Source of the DNA: Bordetella parapertussis
GTDB lineage: Bacteria > Pseudomonadota > Gammaproteobacteria > Burkholderiales > SG8-39
Direction of reading: 5' to 3'
DNA length: 64,000 bases
Assembly: GCA_945892985.1 (NCBI GenBank)
Contig: CAMDDU010000005.1
Coordinates: forward strand, 83,254-147,253
Under the pieces are notes generated by a model. It ran no database searches and had not been told where the DNA came from. It saw nothing but the letters and a program-made list of their open reading frames with translations. This document shows, one piece after another, positions 1 through 8,211 of this stretch. Numbering within the stretch: the stretch's first letter is position 1; each line of letters opens with the position of its first letter. Both the position numbers and the translations under genes were made by a program.

Positions 1-377
1 ATGCCATGCTGCTGTTCTTGATCATATTCACCTGGACGCCACCGCACTTCTGGGCGCTCGCGCTGTACCGCACCGAGGAATACGCCAAGGCCGGCCTGCC
101 GATGCTGCCGGTGACGCATGGCGAAAAATTCACCCGCCTGCAGGTGCTGCTCTACACCATCATCATGGTCGCCTCCACCCTGCTGCCCTTTGTCTATCGC
201 ATGAGCGGCTGGATTTATCTCGTTTCGGCGGTGGTGCTCGGCCTGGTGTTCATGTGGTACGCCGTGCGTATTTTTATCAGCTACAGTGATGCGCTGGCGC
301 GCACCACCTTTCGCTATTCCATCCTCTACCTCTCGCTGCTGTTTGCGGCGCTGCTGGTCGATCACTACTTTGCCTGA
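1..377 (+). CDS. ctaB: Protoheme IX farnesyltransferase (heme O synthase), C-terminal part; the 5' end is outside the window
   Basis: The frame of ORF 6..377 is open to the window edge. The product has UbiA-family C-terminal TM helices with [10 protein letters not shown] and [10 protein letters not shown] motifs typical of CyoE/CtaB. An SCO1 gene follows, as in oxidase-assembly loci. Confidence 0.85.
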   Translation, partial: AMLLFLIIFTWTPPHFWALALYRTEEYAKAGLPMLPVTHGEKFTRLQVLLYTIIMVASTLLPFVYRMSGWIYLVSAVVLGLVFMWYAVRIFISYSDALARTTFRYSILYLSLLFAALLVDHYFA

Positions 378-393
378 AGCGCAAAGCAAACCG

Positions 394-987
394 ATGCGCG
401 TTCGGCTCGCCCTCGCCCTCGCCCTGGTCACAATGACCGCACTGCTGTGCGCCTGCGCCCCTTCGGGCCAAAAATTTAACAGCACCGATATCACCGGTGC
501 CGAATATGGCAAGGATTTCAAGCTCACCGACCACAGCGGCAAGGTCCGCACCCTAGCCGACTTCAAGGGTAGGGCGGTCGTGATGTTTTTCGGCTACACG
601 CGTTGCCCCGATGTTTGTCCGACCACCATGGTCGAGATGAAACATGTCATAGAATATCTGGGCGAAGAGGGCAAGCGCGTACAGGTCTTGTTCGTCACCA
701 TTGATCCGGAGCGCGACAAGCCCGAATTGCTGGCCCAATATGTGCCGGCCTTTGACCCGGGTTTTCTTGGTCTGTACGGCGATCTTGAAACAACGCAAAA
801 AACCGCCAAGGACTTCAAGGTATTTTTCCAAAAAGTGCCGGGCAAGACAGCCGACAGCTACACCATGGACCATACCGCGGGCAGCTATGTGTTCGATCCG
901 CTGGGCCGCTTGCGCTTGTTCGTGCGCCATGGTGGCGATACCGGCCCGCTGGTGGCCGACCTCAAGGCTTTGCTCTCCGGAAAATAG
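394..987 (+). CDS. SCO1/SenC family copper chaperone (thioredoxin fold), lipoprotein-type signal
   Basis: The ATG at 394 gives MRVRLALALALVTMTALLCAC (lipobox). The CxxxC motif FFGYTRCPDVCPTT and the downstream DHT(A)G histidine are present. The upstream part of ORF 286.. overlaps ctaB and was trimmed. Confidence 0.85.
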   Translation: MRVRLALALALVTMTALLCACAPSGQKFNSTDITGAEYGKDFKLTDHSGKVRTLADFKGRAVVMFFGYTRCPDVCPTTMVEMKHVIEYLGEEGKRVQVLFVTIDPERDKPELLAQYVPAFDPGFLGLYGDLETTQKTAKDFKVFFQKVPGKTADSYTMDHTAGSYVFDPLGRLRLFVRHGGDTGPLVADLKALLSGK

Positions 988-1028
988 ACCTGGCCGGGCC
1001 CGGGTGGGCCGCTAGTGGCGCCAGGCCC

Positions 1029-1214
1029 TTAGCGCAAATCAGGGTCGCGCAAGGGCGGCCGATCGGGTTGATTGTCGCGATGATTGTCCCGAGAACCTGT
1101 GCGCCCGTCGCGCCATTCTTTTTCCAACTGAGAACTCAGGTGAAGAAAAATAATAACGATAAGACCGAGGCTGAAACACAGCAGTGTGATCAACCAAAAA
1201 TTCCACGAAGACAT
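1029..1214 (-). CDS. Hypothetical small membrane protein (61 aa, one TM helix, charged Arg/Asp-rich tail)
   Basis: ATG-initiated ORF in an A/T-rich intergenic patch. The N-terminus WNFWLITLLCFSLGLIVIIFL is hydrophobic. The RBS is weak and I recognise no family. Confidence 0.3.
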   Translation of the reverse strand: MSSWNFWLITLLCFSLGLIVIIFLHLSSQLEKEWRDGRTGSRDNHRDNQPDRPPLRDPDLR

Positions 1215-1357
1215 GTCTTAGTCGCCTGTTTGAAGTGCACAGGGCCAGACTATCTTATAAATAAATCATCGCGAATACATGGATACCGGTAAAGCGGCTA
1301 ATGTCTCGGTCATTGCGCGGGCGTTTCAGTTTCAACACGCACCGCGCACTTGCCCTC

Positions 1358-2008
1358 TTACAGGTCGGCGATGCCGACGAGTATGGCGTACTTGGTCAGT
1401 TCGGCGACATTGTGCAGCTCGAGTTTGCGCATGATGTTGCGGCGATGCACGTCGACGGTGCTCGAGGCGATGTGCAGCAATTTGCCGATTTGCGGCGAAC
1501 TTTTCCCTTGTGCCAGAAGCTGCAATACGGCGGTCTCGCGACGGGCGAGGCGCCTTGATTCAATCGGCGTCGTTGCACCGCCGGGGCCAAGGCCGTTGGA
1601 GTCGACCAGCAATGTCGCCGACTCGGGGCACAGGTAAGTCTTGCCCTTTGCGGCGCTGTTGATCGCATAGACCAACTGGTCGCCGGCCGCCGACTTGACA
1701 ACATAGGCCATGGCGCCCGCCCCCATCATTTCGATGATGAACTGTTTGTAGTTGGAGGCCGACAGCGCGACGACCTTTATTTGCGGATGCTTGGCCCTCA
1801 GGGCGCGCATCGCCTCAATGCCGTTCACCCCGGGCATGCTGACGTCCATGGTGACCACATCGGGCCTGAGTAGCGCGACGGTCTCTACGATCTTGCTGCC
1901 ATCGCCGAGTTCGCCGACCACCTCGATGCCTTCTTCCAGTTCCAGCATCACGCGCAGCGCCTGGCGGAACATGGTGTGATCGTCGACCAGTAATGTGCGG
2001 ATGCTCAT
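1358..2008 (-). CDS. NarL/FixJ (LuxR-type HTH) family response regulator
   Basis: Receiver motifs LLVDDH, DVVTMDVSMPG and KVVALS are present, with a C-terminal LuxR HTH (RETAVLQLLAQGKSSPQIGKLLHIASSTVDVHRRNIMRKL). Its ATG overlaps the kinase stop (ATGA at 2005-2008). Confidence 0.9.
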   Translation of the reverse strand: MSIRTLLVDDHTMFRQALRVMLELEEGIEVVGELGDGSKIVETVALLRPDVVTMDVSMPGVNGIEAMRALRAKHPQIKVVALSASNYKQFIIEMMGAGAMAYVVKSAAGDQLVYAINSAAKGKTYLCPESATLLVDSNGLGPGGATTPIESRRLARRETAVLQLLAQGKSSPQIGKLLHIASSTVDVHRRNIMRKLELHNVAELTKYAILVGIADL

Positions 2009-5000
2009 CGCTTGCCTCCCTTTTTCATTTTCGCGCTTGCCGCCACTGCGGCGGGCGGCAGCATTGGCACGGTCAGGGTGACCGAGGTGCCCTCGCCCGG
2101 CTTGCTGCGCAATGCCACTTCGCCGCCAAGAAAGCCTATGCGTTCGCGCACACTAAGCAGCCCGTAACCGGACACGCCGCTGACCGGTTGGACGGCACCG
2201 GGTTCAAATCCGATGCCGGCATCGCTCACCGTGACGAAAAGGGTGTCGTTTGCGCCGCGAGCCGTGGTGACGCTGGCCGAAGTAACATCGGCGTGCTTGG
2301 CAACATTGATGAGCAATTCGCGCACGGCACGGAACAGCGTGGTGCTGACGGCGTGCTCGAGCGGCTTGGGTGTGCCATCGTCCTTGGTGTGCACTTCAAG
2401 CTTGTACACATGACGCATCTCATCGGCAATCCAGTCGAGGGCTGCTACCAGCCCGAGTTTGTAGAGCAGCGGCGGGTTTAGCTTGAAGGCCATGGCGCGC
2501 AGCTTGCGGTTGGCCTGATCGATAGCCGCGAGGCAACTTTGCATGGCTTCGTGCACTGTGTCGGGCATCTCGAGCTTGGAGACGCCCTTGGCCTTGAGGC
2601 TGATCACGGCCATGAGTTGCCCCAGATCGTCGTGCAAGTCCTGCGCCAGCGCACGACGCTCGTTCTCCTCGGCCATCGCCAGCGCCGCGGAGAGGGCGTG
2701 CAACTTGTCGTTCTGCTCGTGCGAATCGGTGAGGTCGTGGCGTGCGGCGTCGGCCGCCGCCGTGGCCAGACGCAGGTCGCTGATGTCCGTGTAGCTCACA
2801 ATGACGCCGCAGACCAGGTTGTTGTCGTTCTTGTAGGGAAGCAGCCGGCGTATGTAGCGGCGGCCGTTTGTGGTCTGAAATTCGCTCTGCGAAATTGTTC
2901 TTTTTGCGAGCACGGCTTTGGCGGCTTCGAGCAGGTTGCCGCCCACCCGCGCGATGCTGAAGTCGCTGATCGAGCGACCGATGTCACCGGCGAGGAACTT
3001 GAACTGTGCCGACGTAGCCGGCGTGAACCACTTGATGCGGAAAGTCGGGTCGAGGCAGATGGTCGCGACATCGCTGCTGTTGAGCAGGTTGGACAGGTCG
3101 CTGTTTGAGCTCTCGAGCTCACCCACCTTGATTACGAGTTGCTGGTTGACCGTGGCCAGTTCCTCGTTGAGCGATTGCAATTCCTCCTTGGAGCTTTCCA
3201 GCTCTTCGTTGAGCGAACGGAACTCTTCGTTGACCGAGACCACCTCTTCGTTGGCAATTTTCAGATCGGCATTGGCCGTCTCCCAGTTCTCAATGCTGCT
3301 TTGCAGGTCGTCGCGGGTCGTCCGCAGCTCTTCCTCGAGGTGGCGCACCAGCGTGCGCTCGGTTTTGTTGCCAGGTTGCATCAGGGTCGGTTGCGTGTCG
3401 TGACGGAACACCACCAGGAAGACCCGTCCGAATTCGCCGTCTGCGATGGGTGTCACCGTGATCTGCACCGGCATGAGGTCGTCGCCGCGTTTCATGCGGC
3501 CTTCTGTGACGCTGATGCTCAAGCCGCCGCCCGCCGCCTCTTGCAGTGCGGTGCGCAAACGCGCGCGCAGGCCCTCGCGGACCAGGGCCAGCAGGTCATT
3601 CGTTGGTGCGCCACGCGGATGTAGAACAAAATCGTCGGTCGGGCCGCAGAAGTACAACACCTGGTGGTGCTCGTTGACCAGCATCGATGCCGGCGTGAAG
3701 CGGTCGAGGATCAGTTTCTGTGCGATGCTCGCCGCCCGGGTGACCGGCGGCGGGATTGGCAACGGGGTGAGGGCGGCGCGCGAGAGGGTGTCTCCGGCGT
3801 TTGCCGGCAAGCGCAGCGCATCGACCCGCGTCACGCCCACGCGCTGGTAAAGATGCCATTTTTTCGAGACCGGTTTCAACAGATCGTCGCGGCCTCCGTT
3901 TGATTCGGCGGTACCCAGAAAGAGATACGCGTCTTTTAGCAGCGCGAAGTGAAAGATATTGAGCACGCGTTTCTGCACCTCGGGCTCAAGGTAGATCAGG
4001 ACATTACGGCAGGAGATCAGGTCTGCACGGCCGAAAGGCGGATCGGAAAAAAGGTTTTGCACGCCGAAAATGACCGCCGTGCGCAATTGCTGCGATACGG
4101 TGAAGTGCTGGCGGTCGGTGTCCTCGATAAAATAGCGGCGTAGCAAGGCGACCGGCATGCGGCTGGCGATGCCGGCCGGGTAGCGTCCTTGACGGCCGAT
4201 TTCAAGGCCTTCATTGTTGGTGTCGGTGGCGAAGATATGCACCGGGCAGGCCTTGCGCGCCCGGCGCAGTCGCTCGAGTACCAGGATGGCCATGGTGTAG
4301 GCCTCTTCGCCGGTGGAGCAGCCGGGCACCCAGATGCGTATCGGTTCGCCCTGCCGCTTGGCGGCCACCAAGGGGCCGATCACCTCGGCGTTGAGTGCTT
4401 TCCAAGCCTCCGGATCGCGGAAGAAATCAGTCACCCCGATCAGCAGGTCGTGAAACAGCGCGTCGATCTCGGCGCTGTCTTTTTTGAGCAGCGCCACGTA
4501 ATCGGACTGGCCCAGTACGCCGCGCAGGCCCATGCGCCGCCGGATGCGCCGCAGCAGCGTGGCACGCTTGTAGCTCTGAAAGTCATAGCCGCAGCGGGTG
4601 TTGATGATGTCGAGCAGGCTTCTTGTCGCCTGTTCGTCGCCCTTATCGACGGACGCATTGGCGGTGATCGCGACATAAGGGTGGCTGGCGTAGGTGCAAA
4701 GAATTTTTGGCATTCTCTCTACCGGCAGCACATAGTTGACAAGGCCGGTGGCGATGGCGCTGCATGGCATGCCCTCGACTTGTGCGGTCGAGGGCTCCTG
4801 CGCCAAAACGACGCCACCGTTCGCGGCGATGGTTTTCAGGCCCAGCGCGCCATCAGTGCCGGTCCCCGAAAGCACGATGCCAATAGCCCGCGCAGCGCAG
4901 TCCTTGCCGAGCGAATTAAAAAAAAAGTCGATCGGTAGATGGGGCTTTTTTGTCTGGTTGCGCGGCGTCAGTCGCAGGCGGCCGCCCGTTACCGCCAGCT

Positions 5001-5358
5001 CCTTGTTGGACGGTGCGGTGTAGACATGGTTTGCCAGAAGCAGCGTGCCGTTGCGCGCTTCGCTCACGGGCATGGTGGTGAATTTTGCGAACAGTTCCGC
5101 GGCGAGGCTGGCATGGGTCGGATCGAGATGCTGGACGATGACGAAGGCAATGCCGCTCTCGGCGGGCATGCTCTTTAGGAATGCGCGTATTGCCTCGAAG
5201 CCGCCGGCCGAGGCGCCGATGCCGGCGATGCAGGGTTTATGTGTGGAGCCTGGCTTTGTGGCGTGCTTCGCCGCCGCGGATAGACGGGCCCTTTTTTGCG
5301 GGGCCGGCTTCTTGTCTTTGGGCCGACGCTTTGCAACGGCTTTTGCAGGCAAATCCAA
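2005..5358 (-). CDS. Multidomain sensor: CheB-type methylesterase + CheR-type methyltransferase + PAS + coiled coil + PAS + HisKA_3/HATPase histidine kinase
   Basis: 1117-aa ORF. CheB motifs: GASAGG, VIVQHLDP, SGTGTDG. CheR motifs: DFFRD, IWVPGCSTGEEAYTMAI, CRNVLIYL. LNEEL-rich coiled coil. H-box LAQDLHDDLGQ and G-box GYGL...GGE. The start is non-ATG (TTG at 5358 or 5352, after GAGGAG). Confidence 0.9.
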   Translation of the reverse strand: MDLPAKAVAKRRPKDKKPAPQKRARLSAAAKHATKPGSTHKPCIAGIGASAGGFEAIRAFLKSMPAESGIAFVIVQHLDPTHASLAAELFAKFTTMPVSEARNGTLLLANHVYTAPSNKELAVTGGRLRLTPRNQTKKPHLPIDFFFNSLGKDCAARAIGIVLSGTGTDGALGLKTIAANGGVVLAQEPSTAQVEGMPCSAIATGLVNYVLPVERMPKILCTYASHPYVAITANASVDKGDEQATRSLLDIINTRCGYDFQSYKRATLLRRIRRRMGLRGVLGQSDYVALLKKDSAEIDALFHDLLIGVTDFFRDPEAWKALNAEVIGPLVAAKRQGEPIRIWVPGCSTGEEAYTMAILVLERLRRARKACPVHIFATDTNNEGLEIGRQGRYPAGIASRMPVALLRRYFIEDTDRQHFTVSQQLRTAVIFGVQNLFSDPPFGRADLISCRNVLIYLEPEVQKRVLNIFHFALLKDAYLFLGTAESNGGRDDLLKPVSKKWHLYQRVGVTRVDALRLPANAGDTLSRAALTPLPIPPPVTRAASIAQKLILDRFTPASMLVNEHHQVLYFCGPTDDFVLHPRGAPTNDLLALVREGLRARLRTALQEAAGGGLSISVTEGRMKRGDDLMPVQITVTPIADGEFGRVFLVVFRHDTQPTLMQPGNKTERTLVRHLEEELRTTRDDLQSSIENWETANADLKIANEEVVSVNEEFRSLNEELESSKEELQSLNEELATVNQQLVIKVGELESSNSDLSNLLNSSDVATICLDPTFRIKWFTPATSAQFKFLAGDIGRSISDFSIARVGGNLLEAAKAVLAKRTISQSEFQTTNGRRYIRRLLPYKNDNNLVCGVIVSYTDISDLRLATAAADAARHDLTDSHEQNDKLHALSAALAMAEENERRALAQDLHDDLGQLMAVISLKAKGVSKLEMPDTVHEAMQSCLAAIDQANRKLRAMAFKLNPPLLYKLGLVAALDWIADEMRHVYKLEVHTKDDGTPKPLEHAVSTTLFRAVRELLINVAKHADVTSASVTTARGANDTLFVTVSDAGIGFEPGAVQPVSGVSGYGLLSVRERIGFLGGEVALRSKPGEGTSVTLTVPMLPPAAVAASAKMKKGGKR

Positions 5359-5492
5359 CTCCTCGGAGGCTAGGTAGGGATTCGAAAATGCATATTGCGT
5401 TCACCAATCCTCGAACTGGCTTGACTTTGGTCTGCGTTGAATCGTAGCGATGCATCTTTTTGTTGTTGATGCGCTAACGGAAATTATTAACT

Positions 5493-5518
5493 ATTGTAAA
5501 CGATTGTATCTAATTGTT
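5493..5518. promoter_or_regulatory. Three ATTGT(A/T) boxes spaced exactly 10 bp apart in the A/T-rich region upstream of the CheBR-kinase operon (TACAAT on the transcribed strand)
   Basis: attgta at 5493-5498, attgta at 5503-5508 and attgtt at 5513-5518, read directly from the sequence. The function is inferred only. Confidence 0.25.
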
Positions 5519-5637
5519 AAGGTACTTTTTTTTAAAGTAATTTCTGATTATGTGATGAAAGGTTTTGCCGCCATTAAGAAATCCAGAAATCCGAAATTGG
5601 AATAAACAGGCGCTTAAGCGCGCGGGGCAGTGCCTGC

Positions 5638-5650
5638 GGGGGGGGGGGGG
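5638..5650. repeat. Homopolymeric G13 (C13 on the minus strand) tract
   Basis: Counted directly: ...tgcctgc + 13 g + cgatgcc. It lies in the intergenic region between the alkB stop (5762) and the kinase start (5358). Confidence 0.95.
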
Positions 5651-5761
5651 CGATGCCCGGCTTCTTGTTGTGGTGCCCGAGCTTGGTGCTCAAGCCCGGT
5701 GCCACAGCTTGCTACCCTTGTTACCAAAGGGCAAAGCACACCTTCGCAAATAGCGCAGCGC

Positions 5762-6430
5762 TCACAACGCCTTGCGAAAGGTCAGGTTGATGCGCTGGCG
5801 GCCAAGCAACGGGTGTTCTCCGTCTGCGAGTGGCGAGACGCCGTGAAAGGCGAGGCGCGCCGGCCCGCCCCACACCACCACATCGCCGTGCGTAAGCTGG
5901 CAGCGTTGCAGTCGGTCGCGGCGCTGCAGGCCGCCAAACAAAAACACCGCCGGCAGGCCCAGCGACACCGACACGATGGGCTGGGTGAAGTCGCGTTCGT
6001 CCTTGTCCTGGTGCGGCGCCATGCGCGCGCCCGGCGCGTAGCTGTTGATGAGGCAGGCGTCGGGCGTAAAGCGGGCAAAGCCCGCCCGTGCTGCTGCGCG
6101 CGCGGCCAGCGCCGTGAAGGCCGCCGGCATGGCCGGCCACGGCCGGCCTGTTTGCGGATCGATGGCATCGTAGCGATAGCCGCGGCGGTCGCTGATCCAG
6201 CCGGTGTCGCCGCAGTTGCTCATGGCCACCGACATGCGAAAGCCGCCGCGTGTGAGCATCTGCCGCAGTGGCGCTTGCATGATGATGGTGTGCAAAGCAG
6301 CCATCAGTGCGGCATCCTCATCGCCGACGAAGCGGCGCAGTAGCAGCGCCCCTTCCGCCAGCGTTTCGTGTTCGGTCTTGGCTTCGGCCTCTTCGCCGAA
6401 CAAGTCGGCGGTCTCGCCGTGTGCGCTCAT
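5762..6430 (-). CDS. alkB: Alpha-ketoglutarate/Fe(II)-dependent DNA dioxygenase AlkB
   Basis: The ATG at 6430 gives MSAHGETADLFGE. AlkB-like motifs: INSYAPGARMAPHQDKDE (HxD), VSVSLGLPAVFLFGG, HGVSPL, RINLTFR. The longer ORF to 6682 overlaps ogt and was trimmed. Confidence 0.85.
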   Translation of the reverse strand: MSAHGETADLFGEEAEAKTEHETLAEGALLLRRFVGDEDAALMAALHTIIMQAPLRQMLTRGGFRMSVAMSNCGDTGWISDRRGYRYDAIDPQTGRPWPAMPAAFTALAARAAARAGFARFTPDACLINSYAPGARMAPHQDKDERDFTQPIVSVSLGLPAVFLFGGLQRRDRLQRCQLTHGDVVVWGGPARLAFHGVSPLADGEHPLLGRQRINLTFRKAL

Positions 6431-6996
6431 GGGCCCGATCCGCAGTCTGACCCGCCGCCCGACTCGCGCGCCAGCAGTGCGCGTTTGCGCGCCACGCCCC
6501 AGCGATAGCCCGAGAGCGAGCCGTCGTGGCGCAGCACGCGATGGCAGGGTATGGCGACGGCCAGCACATTGGCGGCGCAGGCGCCGGCCACCGCGCGCAC
6601 TGATTTTGGCGCGCCGATGCGTTCGGCCAGTTCGGTGTAGCTGAGCGTGCTGCCGGCCGGGATGTCGCGCAGCGCCCGCCACACGCGTTGCTGGAAGGCC
6701 GTGCCACGCACGTCCAGCGGCAGCTCAAGGCCGATGGCCGGCTGCTCCACCATCCCCACCACCGCGGCCACCCATTGCTCAAAGGCCGCGTCGCCGCCTT
6801 TGAATTCGGCCTTGGGAAAGCGATCTTGCAGCGCGCGCGCCAGCGTGTCCGGGTCATCGCCGATGGCGATGGCGCATACGCCCTTGTCCGTGGCCGCAAC
6901 CAGGATGGCGCCAAGGGTGCATTCGCCGACCGCAAAGCGCATGGTCGCGCCCGCGCCGCCGGCGGGGCTTGTCAGGGTCGAGTTTGCGCGCTTCAT
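6427..6996 (-). CDS. ogt: Methylated-DNA--protein-cysteine methyltransferase (Ogt type, no Ada regulatory domain)
   Basis: Active site IPCHRV is present, with YTELAERIGAPKSVRAVAGACAAN. Start is the ATG at 6996. The stop overlaps the alkB start by 4 nt. Confidence 0.85.
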   Translation of the reverse strand: MKRANSTLTSPAGGAGATMRFAVGECTLGAILVAATDKGVCAIAIGDDPDTLARALQDRFPKAEFKGGDAAFEQWVAAVVGMVEQPAIGLELPLDVRGTAFQQRVWRALRDIPAGSTLSYTELAERIGAPKSVRAVAGACAANVLAVAIPCHRVLRHDGSLSGYRWGVARKRALLARESGGGSDCGSGP

Positions 6997-7301
6997 TGTC
7001 GCTTTATCCACGGGAGTAATGGGACTGTCCTTTCGGTCGGGGATCAGGCTATCAATGCGACCGATTTTGCGCAATTATGCGCCAGCAGGCACTCCGGCTC
7101 TTGCGCTTGAATTCGCGCCGACGCGAAGCCCGTTTTTGCCCTGACGGGGGCGCAGTGCCATCTGCAAACCCGCGCCAGACGGGCGTTTCCAGATGTACCC
7201 CGGGTGGAAGATGGCGGTGAAAATGGCCTCATCTATGGAGCCGGGCGCGCTAAGGGCAGTCTGATCTGATAGGAGGTGGGGTTCGTCAGCCCGTTTGCCG
7301 A

Positions 7302-7329
7302 TTCTGCGAACACCTTTCTGCGAACACCT
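7302..7329. repeat. Perfect 14-bp tandem duplication (ttctgcgaacacct x2)
   Basis: Read directly. It lies in the 412-bp gap between the rhomboid stop and the ogt start. Confidence 0.9.
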
Positions 7330-7408
7330 GATAGCAAGCCCTGCAGCAAAGCTGTAAATAGGCCGTGAAGAAAGACGCGACTTGAACCGTGGTTTTGCGC
7401 GCGAGGGC

Positions 7409-7984
7409 TTAGCGTCGCCGGCGCCAGAACTTGATGAAGAGGTAGCCCCCGGCGAGCCCGCCCAGATGGGCGAAGTGCGCCACGCCCGCCTGCGTGCCGG
7501 TGACGCCCAGAAACAATTCGAGCCCGCCGTACAGCGCCACAAAAACCGGCGCGCGCATCGGGATGGGCGGAATGAGCGGCATAATCATGCGGTTCGGATA
7601 GAGCATGGCAAAGGCGATGAGCAGGCCGAATATGCCGCCCGATGCGCCCACCGTCGGCGAGCCCGAGCCGAACAGAAAGGACACCGCCAGTTGCGCGATG
7701 GCGGCCGAGATCACGCAGATAAGGTAGTAATTGAGAAAACGCCTGGAACCCCAGACACGCTCGATGTCGCTGCCGAACATGTAGAGGCCGAACATGTTGA
7801 ACGCGAGGTGCGACAGGCCGCTGTGTAAAAAACCGTAGGTCAGCACCTGCCAGGGTTTGAAGTCGCTCCCCAGCGGCCACAAGGCCAGTTCGTTGAGCGG
7901 CAGCGGCATGCCCATGCCGGCGGCAAAAAACACCAGGACGTTGGTGAGGAGTAGCGCCTGGGTGACAGGGGGCAGGCCGAACAT
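7409..7984 (-). CDS. Rhomboid family intramembrane serine protease
   Basis: Six TM segments. Motifs present: HSGLSHLAFNM, the catalytic GASGG, and the downstream HLGG histidine. Confidence 0.85.
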   Translation of the reverse strand: MFGLPPVTQALLLTNVLVFFAAGMGMPLPLNELALWPLGSDFKPWQVLTYGFLHSGLSHLAFNMFGLYMFGSDIERVWGSRRFLNYYLICVISAAIAQLAVSFLFGSGSPTVGASGGIFGLLIAFAMLYPNRMIMPLIPPIPMRAPVFVALYGGLELFLGVTGTQAGVAHFAHLGGLAGGYLFIKFWRRRR

Positions 7985-8211
7985 GGGTGCGCTCTTGGAA
8001 TGAATGAGAATGGGCAGGGTAGCAGCGTTTTCGGTGGCGGCGTGCGCCCGCTGGTGTGATTCGGTGTGATTCCCAGCCTGAGAAACACCTGTTGGCGGTT
8101 ACCTCTGTTGTTAAACCTGTTACTTTAGGCCTCAACTGTAGACTTCAGGCGGCCATCATTACGCTGCCATCACCACACGCACCACGCATCGCCGCCAAGA
8201 GGAAACGCACT

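Noticed and set aside
5638-5650. Treating the G13 tract as a proven phase-variation switch
   Set aside because: It is neither within an ORF nor between recognisable -35 and -10 elements, and homopolymers are classic sequencing or assembly error sites. It is reported only as a candidate.
7068-7081. Possible Ada box upstream of ogt-alkB (GCGCAattaTGCGC / TTGCGCAAAA)
   Set aside because: It does not match the AAAGCGCA / AAT-N6-GCAA consensus, and no Ada-type regulator is encoded here.
7044-7542. ORFs 7075..7542 (-) and 7044..7232 (-) in the rhomboid-ogt gap
   Set aside because: No RBS, no motifs and biased composition, and the first overlaps the rhomboid 3' end. The region is treated as intergenic with a 14-bp tandem duplication.
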